From assembly GCA_964513145.1 (NCBI GenBank), contig CAZELK010000001.1, positions 96,001 to 160,000 on the forward strand: a stretch of DNA of 64,000 nucleotides, written 5' to 3'. Source of the DNA: Candidatus Woesearchaeota archaeon. GTDB lineage: Archaea > Nanobdellota > Nanobdellia > SCGC-AAA011-G17 > JACPIM01. Positions 56,280-64,000 of the stretch are shown one piece after another. Each line of letters begins with the position of its first letter. Within the stretch, counting starts at the first letter, position 1. The notes below the pieces were generated by a model. The model worked only from the letters and a program-made list of their open reading frames with translations, ran no database searches and was not told the origin of the DNA. The position numbers and the translations under genes were made by a program.

Positions 56280-57176
56280 ATGAAAAGAAAAATAGCCAAA
56301 ATAGGTCCGTCAACACTAATGGTATCTTTGCCATCAAAATGGGCTAAAAAATTCAATTTAAAAAAAGGCGACGAATTAGAGGTCTCTGAAAACGAAGAAA
56401 GATTAATTGTCTCTACTCAAAAAGAAGTCTTCAAAAAAGAAATAGAAATGAATGTTTCTTCCTTGGATGTAATGTTATATAGGCTGATTGGTGCAGTATA
56501 TAAGTCAGGTTACGAACAAGTAAAAATTATTTTCAATGACTCAAAACAATTGGAAACAATTTACGATGTCTTGAGAAAAACATGCATAGGTTTTGAGATC
56601 ATTGAGCAGTCAAAAAATTTTGTAATCATAAAAGAAATATCAAAGCCAGAACATCTTGAATTTGAAAATGTTTTAAGAAGAAATTTTTTATTCTTATTGT
56701 CTGTTGCAAAGGATAGTCTTGAGGCAGTTAAAAAGCATGATTATCCGGAATTAAAGAATATTACATTAAGGGATTATAATATAAATAAATATTCTGATTT
56801 CTGTCGGAGAATTTTAAACAAAAGAAGTGTTTCTGAATTTAGCAAAAATGCGCCTCTTTACTGTATAATTGAGCAGACAGAAAAAATAGGGGATTTATAC
56901 AGGGATATTTGTCATTCTGTTTATGAAAATAAATTAATTTTGGATAAAAATATTCTAGAAATATACAGCAAAATTAATGATTTTATATTAAGTTTCTATG
57001 ATTTATTCTACAAATTTAATTTTGAAAACATAGAAGAATTTGGAAAAAAGAAAAATGAAACTTTAAATTTATTAAATAAAACTAAATCTGAAAATAAGGA
57101 AATACAATTTTTATTGAGTAATATATTCAAAACAACATTTGATTTAAATGGTGCATTAATGACTTATAAAATTTAA
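56280..57176 (+). CDS. AbrB-PhoU type phosphate uptake regulator
   Basis: STLMVSLPSKW...L.KGDEL; Y.SG; E.IGD. Confidence 0.85.
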   Translation: MKRKIAKIGPSTLMVSLPSKWAKKFNLKKGDELEVSENEERLIVSTQKEVFKKEIEMNVSSLDVMLYRLIGAVYKSGYEQVKIIFNDSKQLETIYDVLRKTCIGFEIIEQSKNFVIIKEISKPEHLEFENVLRRNFLFLLSVAKDSLEAVKKHDYPELKNITLRDYNINKYSDFCRRILNKRSVSEFSKNAPLYCIIEQTEKIGDLYRDICHSVYENKLILDKNILEIYSKINDFILSFYDLFYKFNFENIEEFGKKKNETLNLLNKTKSENKEIQFLLSNIFKTTFDLNGALMTYKI

Positions 57177-58654
57177 TAAATTTTTCTTAGTTCATTCAAC
57201 ATTAGTTGATATTTCTTTGCCTCTTCTTCAGGTTTTGATGCGAACATAATTGCCCTGCTTACATTTGAAATTACATTATTTCTCCCAAAAAAATTAATAA
57301 TATATTTTGCATCTCCACCCTGAGCTCCAATTCCAGGCATTAGTATCAATTTCTCTCCAGCAATGTCTCTTACTCTTTTTACTTCATGTTCTGTAATATG
57401 ATTTGTTGGGCTTGGTGCACCTACAACAATCGCATCTGCGTCATATTCTGCAGCCTGAAAAGCAAAATATTCATATCCTTTTAAGCCGCGAATTGTAGAC
57501 TCTTTAATTGCCTTAAATTCTTTATTTGACATTAATACTAAAGCTATTACACCGATCCCCCTTGGGTGTGCTTGTTCTACAGCCTCTTTTGTATTGCCAG
57601 GAAAAGCAGCATATGTTACTGCATCAAAACCCTCTTCTTGTGCATGATAAAACCCAGAATCATTTGTTTCACCAATGTCAGTTAATTTGCTGTCATCAAT
57701 TGCAACCATATTTAATTCATGTATTTTAGTAACAATTTTTTTTATTTCTGGTCTTGATAAATCTTTTATATAATTCCTGTTTATTTTCACTGCTGCAGAA
57801 AAAGGTGCAACTTTCTCAACATAATCCAAACACCATTCAAGCTTGTCAGTTCCCCTTGGCAAAACAAAATCAGCTCTTTGACCATATTCAGCCGGGTCTA
57901 AGCCAGCACAAAGAATTGAGTTTTTCCTTTCAACAGCTTCAAGCCATTTTTTTCCAAAACTTTTTTTTTCGCCTTTCGGAAATCCATGTCTCTCCCCCCA
58001 ATTAAATGGATCAAGCCTCCACCCTTTTAAATTTTCCAATTGGTCTTTTTTTATATATTCATTTTTAATTGCTGTCTCAAGAAGTAAGTCATAAGTTACT
58101 AACGAATCTAATGTACATTCAGCATTTTTAAATTCCTGCTCTGTTTCTTTAAATCCATAATTAAAAATTGAAAAGACATTTTTTACTTTTCCAGAAGCAT
58201 TTCTTATTGCCCTTATTGCCTTTATTGTGCTTCCACCTGTTGAAACTAAATCCTCAATTAATAAAGCTGTTTTTCCTTCCAAGTCAGAACTAGAATCAAT
58301 TCCTTCTATTTGATTTCTCAAGCCATGGTCTTTTGGTTTGTCTCTTATATAGATAAGTGGTTTTTCTAAAAGATCAGCCAATGTTGTTGCATGGGGAATC
58401 CCGGCAGTTGCAATCCCGGCAACCACGTCAAATTTTATTTCTTTTTCTTTTATCAATGAATGAAAACCATGGGCAATTAATTTTCTGCTAGAATGGTCTA
58501 CTAAATGCATTCTGTTATCATTATAAATTGGCATAAAAAATCCAGAAGCCCATTGAAAAGGATGTAGAGTATCCAGCCTAATTGATTTTATGCTCAACGA
58601 TTTTTCTGCCAAGGCGACATCAAAATTAGTCATAAAGTTTTTATAAATTATCAA
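57173..58654 (-). CDS. Fused orotate phosphoribosyltransferase (PyrE) - OMP decarboxylase (PyrF)
   Basis: WASG...PIY.DNR, RDKPKDHG, LIEDLVSTGGS; LCAGLDP, DSKLTDIGET, PGIGAQGG, SRAI. Confidence 0.92.
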   Translation of the reverse strand: MIIYKNFMTNFDVALAEKSLSIKSIRLDTLHPFQWASGFFMPIYNDNRMHLVDHSSRKLIAHGFHSLIKEKEIKFDVVAGIATAGIPHATTLADLLEKPLIYIRDKPKDHGLRNQIEGIDSSSDLEGKTALLIEDLVSTGGSTIKAIRAIRNASGKVKNVFSIFNYGFKETEQEFKNAECTLDSLVTYDLLLETAIKNEYIKKDQLENLKGWRLDPFNWGERHGFPKGEKKSFGKKWLEAVERKNSILCAGLDPAEYGQRADFVLPRGTDKLEWCLDYVEKVAPFSAAVKINRNYIKDLSRPEIKKIVTKIHELNMVAIDDSKLTDIGETNDSGFYHAQEEGFDAVTYAAFPGNTKEAVEQAHPRGIGVIALVLMSNKEFKAIKESTIRGLKGYEYFAFQAAEYDADAIVVGAPSPTNHITEHEVKRVRDIAGEKLILMPGIGAQGGDAKYIINFFGRNNVISNVSRAIMFASKPEEEAKKYQLMLNELRKIY

Positions 58655-58681
58655 TTTATATTAATTTATTTGCTAGAAAGG

Positions 58682-59215
58682 TTATTTCATCTTCAATTTT
58701 TCTTCTGCCATTAAAATCATCAAAGAAATAGCTGGGTTTGGAAATTCTGCATTTTTAGCCATTTTTAAAACTTCCATAAAAGGTTTTTTAATTAATTTAA
58801 AAAATTCATTTTCATCTTTTTTTCTTGGTTCATTTGGATAATATAGTTGTGTTGCAAGATAATAAAAAGTTGTTTGTCTTATTGTATTAGAACCGCCGCT
58901 TTCAAATAATAATTCTAAACTGCGTGCTTTGTAGCTAGTTTCTTCAAATAATTCTCTTTGAGCAGCTTCTTCCGCATTATTATCTAGATTATCTATTCCC
59001 CCGCCAGGAATTTTTAAGATATTTTTTTTATGAGCTGGGCTGTATTGTTCAAGAAGTATTGCTTCATTATTTATTATTGGTAAAATGAAAACCGAATTTA
59101 TTCTCTCTATAATTTCCCTTTCAACTATTTTTCCATTTGATAATCTAAATTTATCTAATCTTAACTTTACAACATGCCCATCATAAATTAGTCTTGAATC
59201 TAAATTTTCTTCCAT
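58682..59215 (-). CDS. NUDIX hydrolase (ADP-ribose pyrophosphatase-like)
   Basis: PGGGID...AAQRELFEETSY. Confidence 0.85.
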   Translation of the reverse strand: MEENLDSRLIYDGHVVKLRLDKFRLSNGKIVEREIIERINSVFILPIINNEAILLEQYSPAHKKNILKIPGGGIDNLDNNAEEAAQRELFEETSYKARSLELLFESGGSNTIRQTTFYYLATQLYYPNEPRKKDENEFFKLIKKPFMEVLKMAKNAEFPNPAISLMILMAEEKLKMK

Positions 59216-59223
59216 TTGTTTGA

Positions 59224-59304
59224 CGCCGGCACTAGGATTTGAACCTAGAAGTCCGAAGACCTAGTTTTCGAGACTAGTGTATTACCTGATTATACTATGC
59301 CGGC
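59224..59304 (-). tRNA. tRNA-Ser(CGA), intronless
   Basis: GCCGGCA/TGCCGGC-G; CTAGT-CTCGAAA-ACTAG; variable arm GTC-TTCG-GAC; CTAGG-TTCAAAT-CCTAG. Confidence 0.95.
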
Positions 59305-59432
59305 TTAAAATTAGTTCTTGTTTTTTGTTTTATAAAATATTCTTTTTATCCTTTCTGTTGTATTTAGTGATTAAGACTTTATCTTAGTAAGATAGTAGAA
59401 CTTATATACTAAAGAGAGTATAACTATTCAAT

Positions 59433-59570
59433 ATGGGAAAAGTTAAACTAGCAGGCTATGTATGTGAACGTTGTGGGCATAAATGGGTCCCTCGAGAAAC
59501 AACTACTGGGGAGCCGAAAGTCTGCCCAAAATGTAAAAGTCCTTATTGGAATGTGCCTAGGAAAAAATAA
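59433..59570 (+). CDS. 45-aa Zn-ribbon microprotein (not in ORF track)
   Basis: MGKVKLAGYVCERCGHKWVPRETTTGEPKVCPKCKSPYWNVPRKK. Confidence 0.8.
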   Translation: MGKVKLAGYVCERCGHKWVPRETTTGEPKVCPKCKSPYWNVPRKK

Positions 59571-59575
59571 TCAAT

Positions 59576-60289
59576 ATGAAATTTTTCAAGAAATATTGGT
59601 GGAAAAGCAGCTACAAACTACCAGTTAGTTTTATTCTATTTTTTGTGCTGGCTTTCTTTCTTATTGGTGAGCAGTTAGTGGCTCTGCCAATCTATTTATT
59701 TGGACCAGGGCTGGATGGAAATGGTCCTGATAAACTTCACATATTAGACTTGGATCTAAGTGATGCTATCCATCGTCCTATTGCTTATATAGTGATTGGA
59801 ACAGTAATTTGGGTTCTTTTCAAAATATTTGCTTGGCCTATTGCTTGGGTTATTGGAGCATTTCTTTGGGCACTAGAGCAGTTATTTCTAACCCCCCTAG
59901 ATCAGCGCCCATCAATATTAAACATAATAGTTTTTACATTTACTTTTTGGATTGTTCTCACTTTAGTTCCATATTTCATTTATAGGGCTATAGATAATAA
60001 ATTGGGGGAGAAAGGCAAGCGTAATGCTATTTTAATTACAATTTTAATAAATATTTTGCTTCTGGGATTTTTCACCTATCAAATTTTTTATTTGCATAAT
60101 TCATACAATCAACAAGTGCTGCCAGCCAATACTTGCCCTGATAAGTTGGTTGAAATTGTGAGAGAAACTTCTGAAACCAGTATTACAGTCATTTATTGGA
60201 AAGGCAGGACTTATCAGTCAAGTGCTGAAATCTACAATTTTGTGGAAAAAAATTGCCCAGGTGTAATAGAAAGAATCGAGAGGCAGTAA
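59576..60289 (+). CDS. Polytopic membrane protein
   Basis: Several TM segments; 5 nt after the Zn-ribbon ORF. Confidence 0.65.
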   Translation: MKFFKKYWWKSSYKLPVSFILFFVLAFFLIGEQLVALPIYLFGPGLDGNGPDKLHILDLDLSDAIHRPIAYIVIGTVIWVLFKIFAWPIAWVIGAFLWALEQLFLTPLDQRPSILNIIVFTFTFWIVLTLVPYFIYRAIDNKLGEKGKRNAILITILINILLLGFFTYQIFYLHNSYNQQVLPANTCPDKLVEIVRETSETSITVIYWKGRTYQSSAEIYNFVEKNCPGVIERIERQ

Positions 60290-60403
60290 TTTTTGAAAGA
60301 TAAAATTTGATTTATAGCTAATTATTGCGACAGAAAGCTTTTTGTTAATTACTTAAGAAATAAGAAAAAAATAAAAAAATATCTGGATTATGACCAGGAA
60401 GAT

Positions 60404-60610
60404 TTATCGTCTCTTCTTTGCAGCTTTTCTTTTTGCAGCCATTTTTCCTCCTCTTTTATCTTCCAATTGTTTTTCCATTTTTTCATCAATTGCAAGTATT
60501 AATTTTTCTAGTCTGAAAATTCTTCTTAGACTATAAACAATTCCGACTATAGCTCCCAATAATATATAGAGAATTAAACCCGGATCAATTAAACAAGATG
60601 TTACCATCAT
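60404..60610 (-). CDS. Small TM + coiled-coil protein ending in a basic MAAKRKAAKKRR tail
   Basis: TM LILYILLGAIVGIVY; internal SD GAGGAGG before ATG 60442. Confidence 0.7.
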   Translation of the reverse strand: MMVTSCLIDPGLILYILLGAIVGIVYSLRRIFRLEKLILAIDEKMEKQLEDKRGGKMAAKRKAAKKRR

Positions 60611-60769
60611 TTCACCCCTTTTAAAAATAAAAATCTTTTATAATATAAATACTTTACTATTTTTTGTAAAAATTTTTAATAATTTTTTAAAATATTTATC
60701 TAAAATTTATTTTTAATTCTTGCTTATTTTTTAAAAGTCACAATTTTTGCTTAAGCTTTTTTTAAAAGC

Positions 60770-62494
60770 TTATTCTTCGAGAATTTTTTCAATAATGCTT
60801 CCGAAGGCAGGTCTTGTTATAAATACACCCGCAGTAATGCCAACTATAGTTGTAAATCCAAGACCACGAACTAATCCAGCGCCAGCATACCATAATGGGA
60901 TCATTGCTACAGTTGTTGTTGCATATGATGCCAAAATAATGAAAAAAGCGTTTTTGAGTCTTGCTTTCCAGTTTAAGTTTTTTGATTCTTTTCTTATTGT
61001 TTCATCTATAATTACTATTTGTGCATCTACTCCGGTGCCTACAGCAGCAATTATACCAGCAATAGAAACTAAATCCAAATTCCATTGTATTAAAGATGCA
61101 AATCCAAGAATAATAATAATTTCAGACACCATAGTAAGTAATAGTGGAATTACCAAGCCTAATTTTTTATATCTAAAAAATATGACTAATGAAACTCCAA
61201 TAAATGCAGCAAGTGTAGTTAAAATAATATTTTTTGTAAATCCTTCTCCCAATAACGGAGATATGCTGTCAATTTTTATTATGTTTAATTTTTGTGGCAA
61301 AGAACCAGTTATTAAAACAGTCTGTAATTTGTCCATGTTTGCTAAAGCATTTTTGTATGCTTCTTGTTCATCTCCGCCAAAACCAGGACCTGAAATCGAT
61401 ATTGCATTTGCCTCTTGCCCTTTTAATGAAGAAGAAATTCTTAATGTATCAACCAATTGGTCATCCAAATATAAATCTAAATTTTTTTCCAAATAGCCGT
61501 CTATATTGGTTGGTATGTCTTTTGTAATTGTAGCGTGTTTCTTTGCTGCATCAGGGCTCAATCTTATTGTAAATTCGAACCTGCAAGCATATCCGTTATT
61601 GCTTGGTGTGCAAGGTGGAACTATGCCGCTGCAGCTTCCATCCCCCCTGCATACAAAAGTTATGTCCTTTTGTCCGCCTTCAAAAACAGTGTCATTTCCT
61701 ATTTTCGCCTCAAATTTGCCCTGTTTTGCAAGCAAAGATTCTACTTCTTCTTTTGATGCACCGGCAATTTCAGCCAGAATAAATATATTGCCATTAAGAT
61801 CTTTTGCTGGTCTTATCCTTATATCTGATAAACCATAAACATCTAGTCTATTGTTTAATATTTTTGTTAAAGATTCAGTGTCTTTTTCATCTAAAGTTAT
61901 TTCGGGTTTTAATAAAACCCTTGTGCCTCCAACAAGGTCAAGTCCTTTCTTAATATTTGTTGTTTCAATATTTTTTACAGTAATATCAGGAGCGCCTTTT
62001 GATAAAAATGCTATCAGCCCCCTATTTGTATCAATATTGAATCTTATTTCCTTAAATAATCCTTTTTCTATTTTTTCAAAATCAGATGTGCTGTTTATTA
62101 AATTATTATTTATTTCAATTATTTTTGACCCTGTGATTAAAGGAACATCTTTATTTACAGAAGTTATTGTTAAATTGCTATCTAATCTAAAGCCAATTGA
62201 ATTAGTCACATTATAAGTAACATTTTTAGTGCTTGTGCTTACTTTGATTTGTTTTACAGGTGCTTTTGTTAATTCATTCATAAATATGTTAAAATCATCG
62301 CTGTTTTTAATTTCAATATTGTTTACTCTTGTAACTATGTCGCCTGATTTTAAGCCAGATTCTGATGCAATTCCTGAAACAGATCTTACTTCCACACCCT
62401 CAGTAGAAAATCTTGGTCTTATTGCTAATAACATTAAAGCCAAAATAATAATTAATACTATTACCTGCCAAGTTAGAAATTTTCTAAGTTTCAT
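60770..62494 (-). CDS. secD: Protein translocase subunit SecD with PDZ-like insert
   Basis: GLDLVGGTRV, GKFEA, GSLP, GTGVD, GLG.TT..G. Confidence 0.9.
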   Translation of the reverse strand: MKLRKFLTWQVIVLIIILALMLLAIRPRFSTEGVEVRSVSGIASESGLKSGDIVTRVNNIEIKNSDDFNIFMNELTKAPVKQIKVSTSTKNVTYNVTNSIGFRLDSNLTITSVNKDVPLITGSKIIEINNNLINSTSDFEKIEKGLFKEIRFNIDTNRGLIAFLSKGAPDITVKNIETTNIKKGLDLVGGTRVLLKPEITLDEKDTESLTKILNNRLDVYGLSDIRIRPAKDLNGNIFILAEIAGASKEEVESLLAKQGKFEAKIGNDTVFEGGQKDITFVCRGDGSCSGIVPPCTPSNNGYACRFEFTIRLSPDAAKKHATITKDIPTNIDGYLEKNLDLYLDDQLVDTLRISSSLKGQEANAISISGPGFGGDEQEAYKNALANMDKLQTVLITGSLPQKLNIIKIDSISPLLGEGFTKNIILTTLAAFIGVSLVIFFRYKKLGLVIPLLLTMVSEIIIILGFASLIQWNLDLVSIAGIIAAVGTGVDAQIVIIDETIRKESKNLNWKARLKNAFFIILASYATTTVAMIPLWYAGAGLVRGLGFTTIVGITAGVFITRPAFGSIIEKILEE

Positions 62495-63368
62495 TTTTTA
62501 AATACCACCTTAAAATTCCGGCATTCATAAGATAAGTAGAAATAACATCACTCAACAATCCAATTATAAGAACAATAAACATTTCTTTTAAAACAAATGA
62601 GTTCGTAATAAAATAAGCAAATAACAAGGCAGCAACAGCTGCAAAAGTCATTGTAATTCCAGTTAAAAAAGAAGAATACATCCTTTCAAATATAGTTCCT
62701 TCCTTCCTTCTAAGTACTTTTGTAGAAAGCAGCACATCAGTATCAACACTATATCCTATCATTAACAATAAGGCTGCAACAGTTGCATCAGAAACTCTAA
62801 ACCCAAATAAATCCACTATCGCAATAGTATTAACCATGTTTAAAATTGGGGCTAATACAACTGCTATTGAAGGCACTAATTTTCTATAAATAATAAATAC
62901 AGTAACAAACATAAAAGCAAAGGCAATTAATATTGTCCAGAGCATCTGGTTATAGAAGCTTTTGCCTAATGTAGAGCTTGTTTCTTTTACAAAATAATTT
63001 TTATCTTCAACTAGTTTTATTTTTAAAATATCAGTTATAGCAGACCTTATTTCGCTTTCTTTTATGTCAGAACTTTCTACTATAAATCCATTTTGCTGTG
63101 TACTTGAGAAATCAACAAGTTTTCTTATAAAAAAATCCTTTCCTTTAAATTTAATTTGTAATTTTTCTTCTAAACTGTCAACCAAAGCAGGGTTTACAGT
63201 CTTGTCAGGATAAACTTCTACACTTAAGCCGCCTTTTAAAGAAACATCCTTATTTACAATATCTCCTGTTTTCTGATAATGGCTGAAAATAACTAAAAGA
63301 CTTATTATTAATAAAATAATGGGAATAAAAAATAACTTCTTATAATGTTTATTGTAAAATTTCTCCAT
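62484..63368 (-). CDS. secF: Protein translocase subunit SecF
   Basis: SLKGG, IGYSVDTD, GLL.DVISTYL.NAGIL. Confidence 0.9.
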   Translation of the reverse strand: MEKFYNKHYKKLFFIPIILLIISLLVIFSHYQKTGDIVNKDVSLKGGLSVEVYPDKTVNPALVDSLEEKLQIKFKGKDFFIRKLVDFSSTQQNGFIVESSDIKESEIRSAITDILKIKLVEDKNYFVKETSSTLGKSFYNQMLWTILIAFAFMFVTVFIIYRKLVPSIAVVLAPILNMVNTIAIVDLFGFRVSDATVAALLLMIGYSVDTDVLLSTKVLRRKEGTIFERMYSSFLTGITMTFAAVAALLFAYFITNSFVLKEMFIVLIIGLLSDVISTYLMNAGILRWYLKNET

Positions 63369-63486
63369 ATCAGCTTAAAGTCTTCAGTTGTGCGTTTATA
63401 AATATTTTTATTGTTTTTTATGAGTTCCTATTTTAGTTAATTTTATATATGTGTTTCCACTGATTTAAAATGAAAAGAGGGTTATA

Positions 63487-64000
63487 ATGAGGTATTTAAT
63501 CTTAATATTTATTTTATTAAATTTGAGTATTGTTCTAGGTGCAAATAGCTTAAGTTTGGTTTTAGATAAAGAAAAATACTCGCCAGATAGCTTTTTGCAC
63601 GGAAATATTTTTTTAAATTTAGATAGAGAACTTGATTTGGGTTTAGAGCCGGATTTAATTATTTATTTAGATAATATAAAAGAAAAAAGAAATATTATTG
63701 ATATTTTAAATTCACTAGATAATAATCTTGAAATAATAAGCAATTCAAAAGATGCTGCAGACCCGGCAATACAGAAAGATTTTTCATTAGCTCAAAACAA
63801 GCTTTTTGGTTTTAAAATTCCAAAAGGAAGTGAGATAACAAAAATAGATTTTGATATAACTGGTTTAAATGCAAATGGTTTTCCAAATTTGCCATTTATA
63901 GATTTTGAAGAGTATAATATCTGGTTTTATGCTGGCATATTTAATGGCTGGAATTCTCAATCACAAAATGCCATTGGTTTAAGTGATATAAAAGCAGGTG
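63487..64000 (+). CDS. Secreted hypothetical protein (partial, runs off window end; not in ORF track)
   Basis: MRYLILIFILLNLSIVLGA signal peptide; frame open to window end. Confidence 0.7.
   Translation, partial: MRYLILIFILLNLSIVLGANSLSLVLDKEKYSPDSFLHGNIFLNLDRELDLGLEPDLIIYLDNIKEKRNIIDILNSLDNNLEIISNSKDAADPAIQKDFSLAQNKLFGFKIPKGSEITKIDFDITGLNANGFPNLPFIDFEEYNIWFYAGIFNGWNSQSQNAIGLSDIKAG

Noticed and set aside
93-62501. Many short ORF-track entries antisense to or overlapping long genes (e.g. 93..377, 4018..4215, 19633..19839, 40998..41420, 60747..61496)
   Set aside because: They are shadows of well-supported genes on the opposite strand, with no motifs of their own.
1-64000. CRISPR array, rRNA, IS element, integrase, DGR or alternative genetic code
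   Set aside because: No repeat-spacer array, rRNA signature, transposase, recombinase or RT motif was seen; conserved genes translate intact with the standard code and use TAA, TAG and TGA as stops.

Overview
AT-rich archaeal chromosome segment, most consistent with a DPANN lineage (Woesearchaeota/Nanoarchaeota-like). The placement is an inference from the thermosome, the L7Ae-S28e-L24e-Ndk operon, archaeal DnaG, Dph5/Dph6, Elp3, BHB-type tRNA introns and a tRNA-Ile(UAU). 1-13.4 kb is a glycan/small-molecule tailoring cluster: three B12-binding radical SAMs, one SPASM/twitch radical SAM, two methyltransferases, an ABC exporter, three glycosyltransferases and an alpha/alpha-toroid protein. The rest is mostly translation and tRNA-modification housekeeping (LeuRS, ThrRS, ThiS-ThiI-TtuA, U32, Elp3, Dph5/6), secretion (SecD/F, SppA), redox genes and many small membrane or secreted hypotheticals. 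Read directly from the DNA: four tRNA genes, three of which carry six introns in total (a triple-intron tRNA-Ser(GCT), a double-intron tRNA-Ile(TAT) and a D-loop-intron tRNA-Glu(TTC)). Also: a dispersed 15-bp quasi-palindrome exactly 18 nt upstream of TATAAA at three small-membrane-protein genes, with a 20-bp-periodic triple copy elsewhere; three candidate structured RNAs with TATA-like elements; protamine-like micro-ORFs; and two chimeric aminoacyl-tRNA synthetases. No CRISPR array, rRNA, transposase or integrase was seen. All annotations come from motif reading by eye; no database searches were run.
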